Below, in pieces: positions 24,548-36,461 of a DNA stretch of 49,741 bases (positions within the stretch are counted from its first letter, which is position 1; every line of letters starts with the position of its first letter). The DNA is taken from positions 1 to 49,741 of the forward strand of contig JAUCBJ010009023.1 in assembly GCA_032718475.1 (NCBI GenBank), written 5' to 3'. The stretch comes from Nemertoderma westbladi (taxonomy: Eukaryota; Animalia; Xenacoelomorpha). A program made the translations under genes and the position numbers. The notes under the pieces were generated by a model. That model saw only the letters and a program-made list of their open reading frames with translations, did not search any database and was not told the origin of the DNA.

Positions 24548-25392
24548 TACCGGTAATGTCAATTATTTTATAATAACTGAATTTCTGAATTTTAGGCTTA
24601 CTTTCCTTTACTTTATTACTGTTATTAAACAGTAGTCCAACTGATATTAAGACCTAATTGATGTATAACAGGCCTACTATTTTATAAATCGGTTTGAGTT
24701 GATTTATAATATATTAGGTACCCGTACAAGGGTTTTGACAATATTTGAAATAAATGATATTATTTCTGGGTAAGGAGTCACTACACAGAAGCTGAATGCT
24801 CTCATTGGAGTGCTACTTGTTGGACACTAAAACGAATAATGCTACTTTACTAAGTTACTTATCACTACAAATTACTTACAATTACAGTGTGAGATTACAA
24901 TCTCTAAATAAACACCAAAAGTTACACGTACAAATTTTAGGGTAATTTTACAAGAAATCTACAAACCAGTCTAACAAGGAGTAGAGAATTTCTGGTTCTT
25001 ACAAACTGACAGGATGCTACAGTATTTGAAAACAATAAAGTAGTAGTAAGTAAATTGCGTTGTCCAGATAAGAAAATACCACCGTCTGACGACTTATAGT
25101 CTTAGCTCTATAAGTACTACGTTATGTACCCGGAGTGTCCTTACCTAGAAGTTAATTACCGCAGCCAACCAGAGCTAACGTGCCTATTAACCACTTTACA
25201 ACACAAATATACTGCCTACACACTAATTACTTTCGGAAAGCACTGTACGCTAAACCCTAAATTAGGTACAAGTACTTATACAACAAATAACCAGCAGTTA
25301 AATATACTTGAACAGCCAAAAGAACCACGGTATCTGCTGGAGTGAGCGGAGCACAAAATCACCAGTCTTTACCTACGCCAAATCGCTACCTA

Positions 25393-25708
25393 GATCGGAT
25401 GAGCATAAGCTCAAAGGATGGTATGCTTGAGCATGTGAACGACTTCTGTTACCTGGGATCATGGATCCGGAAGTCAGGTGAGGACCTTCGAATACGTAAG
25501 GGAAAGGCATGGGCAGCCTTGAATAGGCTTTCCAGGATTTGGAAGTCACCGAGAATTAATCGGAAACTTAAGGTCCGATTATTTAGAGCACGAGTATTTA
25601 GTTCCAGTACTCCTCTATGGGAGTCCATGCTGGGCTCTAACTGCTGAGGACACCAAATCTCTGGATGGCACATTCACAAGAATGCTACGCCAGGTTCATT
25701 GTGTCAAG
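25393..25708 (+). mobile_element. Internal RTE LINE fragment at the centre of the head-to-head junction
   Basis: DRMSISSKDGMLEHVNDFCYLGSW matches the other RTE copies; no tail or TSD seen. Confidence 0.92.
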
Positions 25709-27092
25709 GTACTTACAGGTACAGCAGTATTATTTCGATTGTGATAATTATATACCGGTAGGTCTTGATATTTAATCGGGGACTGCAGCCCTGGTTTTTT
25801 ATTGGGATTTTACTTATTTCTGTCAGTTTTATTTATCTGTAAGTGTAATATTGAGCAGAAGGCGTGTAAGCCTGCTCAGATTGTATAAATAATTTGTAGG
25901 CCGGATTGTTGTCTAACTGTGTAGAGTGTCTGTCCGATAAAGTGCTAGTTAGGAAGGTGGGGGCATCCAGTGCTGTAAGGTAAATCCCCCCCAAAGAATA
26001 AGTCGTACTACTTGGTTAGAACGCCTACTAAATAACCATTTTGGCTAACCATTCTGCCAGCATTTGGTCTGCGTTTTGTTTGAATAGTCTGCACGGGTAG
26101 CGTAATATTTATTATTCAGAGTCTATGCGAGTATTCGCAACCTCCAATTCCCCAAGTTTATTCCTACAGTAATTGTGCTTGTTATACATACCGTTATAGT
26201 TCATTTAACCCAGGTACTACATCAGGGCTGCTCGGCGTAGGTAAAGACTGGTGATTTTGTGCTCCGGTCACTCCAGCAGATACCGTGGTTCTTTTGGCTG
26301 TTCAAGTATATTTAACTGCTGGTTATTTGTTGTATAAGTACTTGTACCTAATTTAGGGTTTAGAGAACAGTGCTTTCCGAAAGTAATTTAGTGTGTAGGC
26401 AGTATATTTGTGTTGTAACGTGGTTAATAGGCACGTTAGCTCTGGTTGGCTTCGGTAATTAACCTCTAGGTAGGGACACTCCGGGTACATAACGTAGTAC
26501 TTATAGAGTTTAAGACTATAAGTCGTCAGATGGTGATATTTCCTTATCTGGACAACGCGACTTACTTACTACTACTTTATTGTTTTCAAATACCGTAGTT
26601 TCCTGTCAGTTTGTAAGAACCAGAAATTCTAACTCCTTGTTAGGCTGGTTTGTAGATTTCTTGTAAAATTACCCTAAAAATTGTACGTATAACTTGTTTA
26701 TTGTTTATTTAGAGATTGTAATCTCAACCTGTTTGTAAGTAAGTTGTAGTGATAAGTAACTTAGTAAAGTAGAATTATCTGTATTAGTGTCTAACAAGTA
26801 GCACTCCACTGAGAGCGTTCAGCTTCTGTGTAGTGACTCTTTATCCAGAAATAATAACATTTATTTCAAATATTGTCAAAACCCATTGTACGGGCATATA
26901 TATATTTATAAATCAACTCAAACAGATTTATAAAATAGTAGGCCTGTTATACATCAATTAGGTCTTAATATCAGTTGAACTACTGCTTAATATCAGTAAT
27001 AAAGTAAAGGGAAGTAACCCTAAAATTCAGAAATTCAGTTATTATTAAATAATTGACATTACCGGTATTTACGGTAAGCTTATTATATTTAT

Positions 27093-28240
27093 TAGCAAGT
27101 CGTTAGACTTGATTACTGTAAGAAAAAAAAGCTACTGAATACTGGCTACTGACTACTGGCTACTGGCTACTGACTACTGACCTAGAGCAAAAACGGCTCT
27201 AACGATTTTGATGAAATTTCGCATGGACCGTGAAAATAGATTTCTAAGGGTACTTGTGAAATCGCGGTTTAAATTGAAACATCTCAACTTGTTTTATTTC
27301 GAAAAATAGCCCCAAAACACGAAAATTGCCATAGGCGCAATGATAAAAACACCAGCTGGCACTCATGAAAAATGTATAGAGATGGCCTGGTAATGCATTC
27401 AATAGGAAGGGCAACTAACAAAGAAGTACTTTCTGCGCCAAGTATTATCACTCTACTCTACAACCCAGACAGTAAGCAAACATTAACTGGTTTAGCTGGC
27501 TTTTACAGTCTCAGCTGAATAACTCTTCCCAATGCATCCTTGCTATGTTAATTAATTGGCGTGCAAGCTAAATAACAATTTAGCCAACACAGTGTGTTGG
27601 CTACTATTGATTGTACTGTGCTCTCTAGCCTTCAGCGAATTATTGTTTTATTTTGAAATCTTTGTACCAACATTAATAATGTGGAGGCTGTATGCTTATA
27701 AGGCTGAATGTTTACTAAGCCTCATAATGATTCTCCATAAGGCTAACATTATAGCTTGAAATATAAAAATCTGTTATTATAATAATATAATTGTTGTATT
27801 TAATTAATATCGTGGATTACATTGAACAGTGTAAATTGTTAATCGCGGTTTACATTGAAACATCTCAATTTGTTTTATTTATTACAAAAATAAGAACGAA
27901 TTTGTCTTATCACTTCTTGTGCGCGATTGTATTGAATTCATGACAACTGCTGTTATTATTATTAATCAATTGACACCTCGACTCCTCTCTGACTACTCTA
28001 CCCGATTGAACAAAATAATCATTTCGCTAACTGCTCTCTATCTTCTATAATCACAACAGCTTTTATAATTCATTAGATGATTACAACATAATAATTATAG
28101 TTTGAAGTTGTCTAGAAAATTTCTTGTACACCACCGGGACTACGCTCACACTAATTGATTATCAGACAGAACAAAAAGCTTTTACTTGACTCGTACTGAC
28201 TCCTACGACTTGCGTCACGGGCCGCTAGGCCCGTCTCTAG
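27093..28240 (+). mobile_element. Non-autonomous Helentron-type (HINE/DINE-1-like) element in the 5' leader of copy P
   Basis: Absent from copy M; subterminal inverted repeats gcaagtcgt (27095) / acgacttgc (28205); 3' hairpin acgggcc...ggcccgt then CTAG; 7-bp microsatellite followed by aaaacggctctaacgattttgatgaaattt core; no TSD, T/T target. Confidence 0.8.
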
Positions 28241-28709
28241 TATAAATTTAGGCTGAAATTATATACCAGTATTCTGTGACTGAACCTAGTCTGTAAATAA
28301 TACTTATATATATACTATAAGTGTATACCGGTATTTTAATATTATATATATATCATGTTACACTGAGTAACGGTATCGGTAACTAACTACTAGGCTTACA
28401 GTTGATACTGAATTACTAGACTTGCTTTAACTATCGTTATAGTAGTAGGCATTCAACTGTCAAATAAATTATGGCTGACACAAAGCAAACACTGTCAGAT
28501 AGTCTCCTAGAAAGAACGATCTGTGACCCAGATAAGAGTATCGAACATCTAAGACAAAAGTCCAAGTCCCCTCCTACTGTAAGAAAGGTCATCAGACCCT
28601 AGGCTAGTAAAGCATCATAGGTCTATTATAGGCACTAGATCTCAAGTTAAGCGAGACCAAGAGACGGCTGTTAAACAGCAGCAGCACCCGAGCCGAGAAC
28701 TTATTTCTC

Positions 28710-31700
28710 TACTACTACTACTATGATCGGCATGCTGCATTGCAGCTGCATTTTTAAGAATGCTGTGCCGGCTTGTCAACAAAATTGCACCGCCACAACT
28801 CCCTATCACCCATGACATTTGCTAGATTATCCGCATCTTTAAGGCCAGTGTCCTTTAAGATGCGTCTCAAGAAAGTCATGGGCTGTCCACCATGCTTATT
28901 CACTCCATGAGGCTGCCAAAGTACAAGATTATGCACTGGCTGGTCCTCACGGCGAAAGCAATGTCCTGCAAAGCGGAGGCGATTTTGTTCTAGTGTCAAG
29001 CTTGGGGGAACCAATGAGACACCTCCAATGTTATATAGTGTCTGGTTGGAGATGTGTGCATTGTACTTGACACAATGTACCCGGCGTAGCATTCTTGTGA
29101 ATGTGCCATCCAGAGATTTGGTGTCCTCAGCAGTTAGAGCCCAGCATGGACTCCCGTAGAGGAGTACTGGAACTACTGCTGCTCTAAATAATCGGACCTT
29201 AAGTTTCCGATTTAATTCTAGGTGACTTCCAAATCCTGGAAAGCCTATTCAAGGCTGCCCATGCCTTTCCCTTACGTATTCGAAGGTCCTCACCTGACTT
29301 CCGGATCCATGATCCCAGGTAACAGAAGTCGTCCACATGCTCAAGCATACCATCCTTTGAGCTTGTGCTCATCCGATCAGAGACTTGCTGAGGACTTTCA
29401 AAGTTAACTGTCAGAATTTTGGTCTTTCTGGAGTTAATAAGAAGACCAACACTAGAAGCAGCATGTTCTAATGAGCTGAGGAGCCGCAGGGCTTCCTCTA
29501 ATGATTCTGAGAGTACACCTAAGTCATCAGCAAAGTCTAGATCAGTTAGGTACTTGGCAGGATTTCCTCGACTTCTGGAGCCAGTAGGTGGAGTTATCAT
29601 CACCCCATCATCATTATGATGATCTAAGGACATGCGTAGAACATAGTCAACCACAATAATGAACAAGAATGGTGCAAGTGTGTCTCCTTGGAGGACGCCC
29701 CATAACACTTCAAATGGTTCTGTGTCACCGTCAACAGTAGACACAAATGTTGTCGAACCATCGTATACTGATCTGATTGCTGCAATAATTTCATCAGGAA
29801 TCCCATATAATGAAAGTATGCTGAACATACGTGAGCGAGAGACTGAATCAAAGGCCTTGAAGAAGTCAACAAAGATAACAGCCAGATGCCGGTCTTTCTT
29901 TTTTGATAACTCTTCAATTATCCTTCTAAGTGCCAAAATGGGCTCCATGGTCCCACGACCTTTACGGAACCCATTCTGATTTCCACGTAGCAGTCTCTCA
30001 ATGGGATCCCTGATGCGATTTAATAGAATTCTATTGTATAGTTTTGCAGCAATCGAGATCAATGAGATTCCCCGAAAAGAACCATAGAGTGTTAGGTTGC
30101 CCTTCTTGGGAACTGGCACCAACTTATTTGTTTTCATTTCTTGTGGGACTCTTGTTGTACGGTACATGTCTACTATGATGGGATAGATGAGCTTTAAACA
30201 CTCAGGTATTTTAAAGACCTCAGGGGGAACACCATCTACTCCACTGGCACGATTGGTCTTAATGCTCTTTGCAGCAGCCTTCACTTCTGCAAAGGAGATA
30301 TCGCCAATGGGAATATCTGGGAGTACAGACTCAGACACTTTTACTTCTATAAAGTTATCAGGCAATACCCTGTCATTATTGAGGAGCTTTTCAAAGTGGG
30401 CTTTCCAACCATTGAGGCGATCGGCTGGTGATTCAGCCTTAACCTTGGTGGTTAGTTGGCTTTTCCGCCCAGTAAGCAGATTGATCGATTTCCATGCCTG
30501 GGATGATTGCCTGCTGTCGTCAGCATCATTGATGGCATCAACCTGTTGGTTTATTAGCTCCTGTAGATTAACAGAGTACTGCCTGTACAGGGACCTAGAT
30601 GCAGCTTTAACTGCATTCTTGGCCGCTGTAGTCTGTTTGAGTCGGGACTCTTTCTGCGCCTTATGAAGGTCATTTCGGCACTTCTGAATTTTGTTGTCAG
30701 TCCAGGGGGCCCTTTTCCTGTTTCGAGGGTATACAGGAACTGTTTCTGCAGCTGCTAACTTAACTGCTTCTGTAAAGGCAGTATAGCCCTCACAGTAATC
30801 TGCCGCCTCAGAGGCAAGAGCCTCATACCTGTTGCTCAGCTGTAGTGTGAAGCTGGATCTCATACTTGGCTGTTGCAACAGAGAGGACCAGTCATGCCGT
30901 GGCAAGGCAGATTTCGTTGTTCTGCTAGCACGCAGACTAAGTCTTACCTTGGCCACAATAAGGCGGTGATCACTGGAGAAGGGTCGAAGTGTAAATGCAT
31001 TACAGTCTTGTATAGAGCTCCTGTATTTCCTACGAAACAGAATATGGTCTATCTGGGACTTGTGACCACTGGGTCCACTATGAGTCCATAGCTTTCCAGT
31101 TCGCTTCTTGAACTGGGTTCCAGCCGAAAACAATCCATTTCCAGAGATAAAATCCTGAAGATGGACAGAATTTCGGTTAACACTATTGCTATAGACCCAG
31201 GGCGATGTAGGTGATTGATGCAGACTTGCATTAAAGTCTCCCAGGAATGTTAAGAATGCATGCTGATCCACTCCATCAGTTGCTGCTTGTAGATTGTGGT
31301 AGAAATTTTCCACCTCCTCTACAGGGGCAACACTAGTTGGAGAGTAGCACACAATCAGAACCACCTTAGGAAACTTCTTAGCCAGTCTTCCAGAACATGA
31401 GAAGTGGCAACGGATGATGCGGTTAGAGATTTGGTCTATTTTGTCCAATGCTGCATGTGCAGTTGGATTCATCAATAGACCAATTCCACCATTGCCACTA
31501 TCATCTGCTGACGCGAGGGCGAGTCGCCAACCGCCCCCCATGTCCTTAATCAGAACCTCATCAGTCTGTCCAGTCTGCATTCGGTGCTCTTGAACACCCA
31601 CTGCGCTAAGAGAAAGCTTATCTGCCAAGGCAGTCAGCTCACCTTGTCGCATTGGGGACCCGAGTGTTAGGGTGTTTACTGAGGCTAGTCTAGTGACTTG

Positions 31701-32467
31701 CCTCAGATTCACCAATGGCTTTGTTGGTCGGGGTGGAACATGAGAGTAGCCTCCAACTCCAGAATCCCTCTCCCCATCACAATCTGGCCTCCCTGGTGAC
31801 CCAGGGTTTGGGCCAGAAAGGTCATCAGGAAAGGGACTCAAAGAATTGTTGGCTGCTCTCTCTCCAGTAGGGGGTGAGACAGGCAGCCGGTCAGGAGTTA
31901 ACTGACGCCTGTGAGGCCGATTGTGTCCGGTAATTCCACTGGCCTCTAGTGGCCGGACCTCCGCATTGCTAATGTAATCCATAGTGGGGGTTGGGGGTGC
32001 TTTTTGCCGAGTCAGCTCTCGGGGCAAATACCACACCCTGGTTTGCCATTCCACAGGGTGGGTGTCGCAATGGAGTCAGATATGAGGCCCATCACCCATA
32101 TCTACTCTGGCGTACATGACCCACCATTGGCTGTTGCATCTGCTGGGTAATGCCCTGTACCCTTGCTGCCAGGTGCAGGTCGCAGTGAAGTGCCCTCAGA
32201 GTGGACATGAGAACACTGTACTCCTAACCAGCCATTGGTAGATCACCATCTGCCTGGTCAGGCCATATACCCCTGCAGCCAAGTATATGGGTCCTTAATC
32301 CAGGACCAAGGGCGTCCTTATCGCAGAACGAAGGGGGTCCTAGTTACAGGACCAGATTTGCCCTAGTAAGAGGGTCTATGCAGCTACAGGTGGCACCTCC
32401 TTTATGCTGCATGGAGGTGGCAAGTTTTCTTGATCAATGACCTAGAATACCTGACCTGACCTGACTT
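28710..32467 (-). mobile_element. Full-length RTE-clade LINE (~3.76 kb)
   Basis: 11-bp TSD acttatttctc (28699-28709, 32468-32478), (TAG)n 3' tail, (GTCAG)3 at the 5' end, single ORF. Confidence 0.93.
28754..32054 (-). pseudogene. RTE APE endonuclease plus reverse transcriptase ORF with one frameshift near 29210
   Basis: APE motifs (GVQEHR, YSPT, GDFNA, QIDHIL, SDH) and RT motifs (QNGFR, DFFKAFDSV, GVLQGDTLAP, FADD); one extra A relative to the copies at 25555 and 48985. Confidence 0.93.
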
Positions 32468-35163
32468 ACTTATTTCTCAACGGCAGAATAACTCTAGTAG
32501 TTCAGACACTGAAGAGTTAACGCCCGAGATCGGAGCAAGGATGGCAGAAGCGGTGTACCCCGATCCACTTCTAATTCTTCCTGGGGCCGTACTCACTAGA
32601 GTATTGATCGCTGTGGAGGAACATCAAGCTGATTGGACAAAAAATAAGCGATCGACTAGGGACAGTTATGCGGGATACATGATGGAGGAACTGAGGTCTA
32701 TTGTAGAGACGCAATGGAACTTCCCCGGACCCGGACACCCGTTTAACTTTTTGGAAGCTGCCTGGGAGGACTTATACCGAATGGGGATAGTAAGGGACAC
32801 TCGAGATCCAGCTGTATGGAAGAGGTCAGCAGCAGGATATGTCCAGGGATTCTTCAGCTCTTTGGAGCGATTAGAAGAACACCTATTTCAACAATGTCAA
32901 GGACCTCAAGAGCAGGGAGAGCTGCTTTATCAAGTGCGAGAACGAATCTTACGAATCAGATTAATACTTTCCGCCTTTGAGGAGGCCTCGAAGAGAAGCC
33001 AAGACACGTCGTTGCAAGTGGCCGTAAAGACTTGGTTCCAAAGAGTGAGTGTTAAGGTCCAGGGAACGACACAATGGAAAGTTCAGCTAACTGAGCGCAT
33101 GACCCACGGAGAATCAACAGACGCCACCTTTTCTCATGTGGAAGGCGAAGCGATATCCGAAAAACCTCAGAAGAAGGATGCGAGTGACATCTATCTGTCG
33201 GATTATCAACGATTTATAGGTGACAAAGAACTCAGAAGACGACTAGCTGGACTTCATTCCAATAGTGAGGGAGCCAAATTCGTGTTAGATTCTTTAGATG
33301 CGGAAATATTAGCTGCAGAGCAGGCTAAATTTGATGAAAGCATCCTCATAGCAATGGACCAAGAAGAGCAGATAAAGAAAAGGCAAATAGAAGACCAAAA
33401 GTTAGCAGAAAAAGCGGCAGCGGCAGCGGCAGAATCTGAAAGGAAAGCGGCAGCGGCAGTGGCAGAAGCAGAATGGAAGGCATCTGAAGCGACAACCCAA
33501 CTAGAGTTGGAGAACCTTCAGGCAAAACAAGATTACTTGAATAAACAAAGGGCAGCTACTCAGATGCAACTACTGAGTCGATCTATTCCCAGAAGACAGG
33601 GATTTACCTTCTCTGATGAAGGCGATACAACAGATCCCGAGGGGGTAAAGGTAATAAATCTCATTCTAGCGGACGTAGAAGAGCGCCACACTGGCAGAAG
33701 TTGCCTAATTTGCCTCCTGCGGTGAGAAGGCAACTAGCTAGTGTAGACTTAAGTAATCCTGAGCCTACAGACCAAATTATTAGAGTAGAAAGACTCCCTA
33801 CTATAGTAGATGAGCCCGAAATAATTAGGCCTGTCATTGAAGCCACTCCGGTGATAGAGACCCCTGTACTTCCAGAACCTAACTCTAAATTCCATTTGCA
33901 CAGTACTAAAATACCTGTGCCCAGTAGACAAGCCCCGGAATCACACCCAGTCCTGGACGCCGAGCAAGACATAAATGAATTATCTCCCGTCGTCCCTACG
34001 CGTCACCCGGCTACCATGTTGGCGGCTTCAGCGGTTGAGTGGGTGGACGAGGGACGACGGGGGATGAATCAGCTGCTCGGGCAGCTGGAAGACAACCAAA
34101 AACAGTCTTCCCAGCAGGTCCGAGAGTTGGAAGGGACTGTTCAGCTGTTAAAGGGAACAGTAAGAGAGAGTAGGTTAGAGTTGCAAGAAGTACAACAAAG
34201 TATCGCTTTAGAGCGCGATAAATTAGTAAATATACAAATGGGTATACCACCACCCCCTGTAACAATGTGTCAACCCGTTAGGTCTGAAGTATTTCATGCG
34301 CAAGGTGTGGAGCCTACACGCATCTATACTGCTAGTGAAGTAGAAACTCCTATAGTAAACCCTATTAAGGGTAATTATAAGCCCGTTGATAATGATGTCC
34401 CATATAGATCTGGTCATAATCCGAGAAATTTATATACCGATAACTCGATATTAAATAATACGATGGCTCAAGAAAGTTTTACACGTCAAATGGCTAGAAC
34501 CGAAGCCCGTCAAGCGGTAAAGGTGGGAGAGGTCGTCAAGTTCAAGTTCAATGGAGATGAGATGAAATGGTTACCTTTTAATGAATATTATAAAGATAAC
34601 ATACAGAACTCTGTACTATCTAATGGAGAGAAACTTAGATTCCTCATCGAGTGCTTGGAAGGAACCCCCAAGTTAATGGCATTAAAGTTTATTGGACATC
34701 CAGACAGATTAAGACAAGTTTGGGATACACTAAACATCAGGTATGGTAATAGGACTAACATAGCTAGGTATTTGTATGCGAAATTAGTAGCGCCCCGAAA
34801 GTTTCTTAGCAGCGGGATTATAGAGTTTTCCGATGAGATTCAGGAGATCTGTAGACAGTTAGATTGGTTAGGTAAGTCTCAAGAATACCAGAGTTCTATG
34901 GTTGTTGGAGCCATAGCATCTACTTTGCCAAAGGGTGGAGTAGGTACGCGTTGGGACAAAAAGGTTCCCTATATGATGGACCAGCAACAAAGAGACCCTA
35001 CCATGGCTGACCTCATGTCATTCTTAAATGGAGAGGTAAGATTACAGCTCCTAAAGCAGTCCAGGGAGAAGACACCGGAAAGTAAGGTAAGTGAAAAACC
35101 CGTTACTAGGAGAAAGGTGACACCAGTGTGTTATACAGACAATGGCGAAAGCCAAACCTCCTA

Positions 35164-36461
35164 TGATGCCTAAAGAGGTGAGGTCTCTATAGGGGTGTTG
35201 TAAACAGGCGGCGGCGGACTCGTGAGGGTCTGGGGGCACGTTAAATCAGAGGTATAGTGCAAGGGAGTAACTGAAGGCCCTCGTGTCTAGCGAACCATGA
35301 ATCAACATGGTGCCGTGATACCGTCTAGTCGGCCTGTTGCCGTACTGCTAGTCCTGTACACAGTAGGGGTGGTGGCTTGGTGTGATCTGTGGTCTATGTG
35401 GTCTATGTGGTGTCTATGTTTGGTATGTATGAGTTGACCAGACTCTTTACTGTCTCCGATAGGTTGCCGAAACGTGCCTTTTCCCAGGGTAGCACTATTG
35501 GAATGGAGGTGTTGCATAGGAATGGGCAGGATTCTGATAATTCTGTTGGTACTACTATTGGAATGGAGGTAGCACCTGGAATATCTGCTGCAAGGAGGGG
35601 GTGGTGTTGTAGTGTGGTCCGAGTAAATGATACTCTGGAATCTGTGGTTTGTGTGTGGACGATCAGTGGCAGTTGGCTCGAGCTTTCTGTTGCTGTGGGT
35701 ACATGGTATACGTGAGTGTGTGTATGGCCACTGCGAGTGAGTGTGGGAAACCTTGCCGGTTGGTTCAGTCGCCGCTGGTTATTAGTAGGACCATATCTTT
35801 ACTGCACCCCAGCATACTTTGTGCACACAAAGTTATTTTGCCCTGACAGCAAAATAAGGTACTCTCGACTCTTTTATCAGTCTATACAATTTTGTCCCCT
35901 CTGATTTTGTCACCGATTTGTCTTTCCCGATTATGTCCTCTGTGTGTGCATGGTATGTTTCCGATTTTGTGTTTACCTTTGTGTACTTGATTTCGTGAGC
36001 ATCTGTTGAGTACACGTGTACAGTGACTGGTAAGTGGTTACTTGTTCCTAGCTTTCGAGCTAGTCAGTATTGTTTGCGGAACTTACTTCCCCTCAATACT
36101 GCCGGCGAGGTGGGTGAAAACGTGTCAAAATTCCATGTTGGGTAGCTCAAGCCCACTTGGGACAAGACTGTCGGTTTGGCTCAAGGGCGACCTTGATGCT
36201 CGATCGCTATCGACTGGTCCACCCGTCGGTTGACTCTCTGAGTTTGCTCAATGTACAGTCAGGCCACAGTAAGTTGACAGTAGCCGACCATCTGGCTACG
36301 CGTGCAACGAGCTGTGCCGGTGTGATCGGGGGATTGAAAATTGAACCCAGGAAGCATCGGGCTACCCGGTCTGATAAAAACATCAGTCGGACTGGCCCCA
36401 AGGGTGGTGGGACAGCGTCCGCCTTGTGGGTGCGCCTCGGGGAGGAGCCCAGAAGGACGCA
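35164..36461. mobile_element. Unclassified 1.3-kb insertion in gag (TG...CA ends, possibly a solo LTR)
   Basis: Absent from copy M; begins TGATGCCT and ends AGGACGCA; no TSD and no recognisable ORF. Confidence 0.6.

Larger units (their letters stand above)
2911..25379 (-). mobile_element. Large BEL/Pao LTR retrotransposon, copy M (rearranged, 5' LTR missing)
   Basis: Minus-strand order is leader, gag-pol, spacer, extra ORF, PPT, LTR; colinear with the inverted copy at 26234-46608. Confidence 0.92.
28471..35163 (+). pseudogene. gag: Copy P gag N-terminal region, interrupted by the full-length RTE
   Basis: Starts MADTKQ at 28471, resumes at 32479 in frame with 32541-33725, frameshifts near 33645 into 33701-35163. 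Confidence 0.87.

Noticed and set aside
25709-26233. Possible 5' LTR of copy P
   Set aside because: Only a weak ~30-bp resemblance to the LTR and no CGCGAACA end; left unassigned.
36157-36461. N-terminal part of the 285-aa ORF as a new gag domain
   Set aside because: It is read-in from the 1.3-kb insertion and is absent from copy M.
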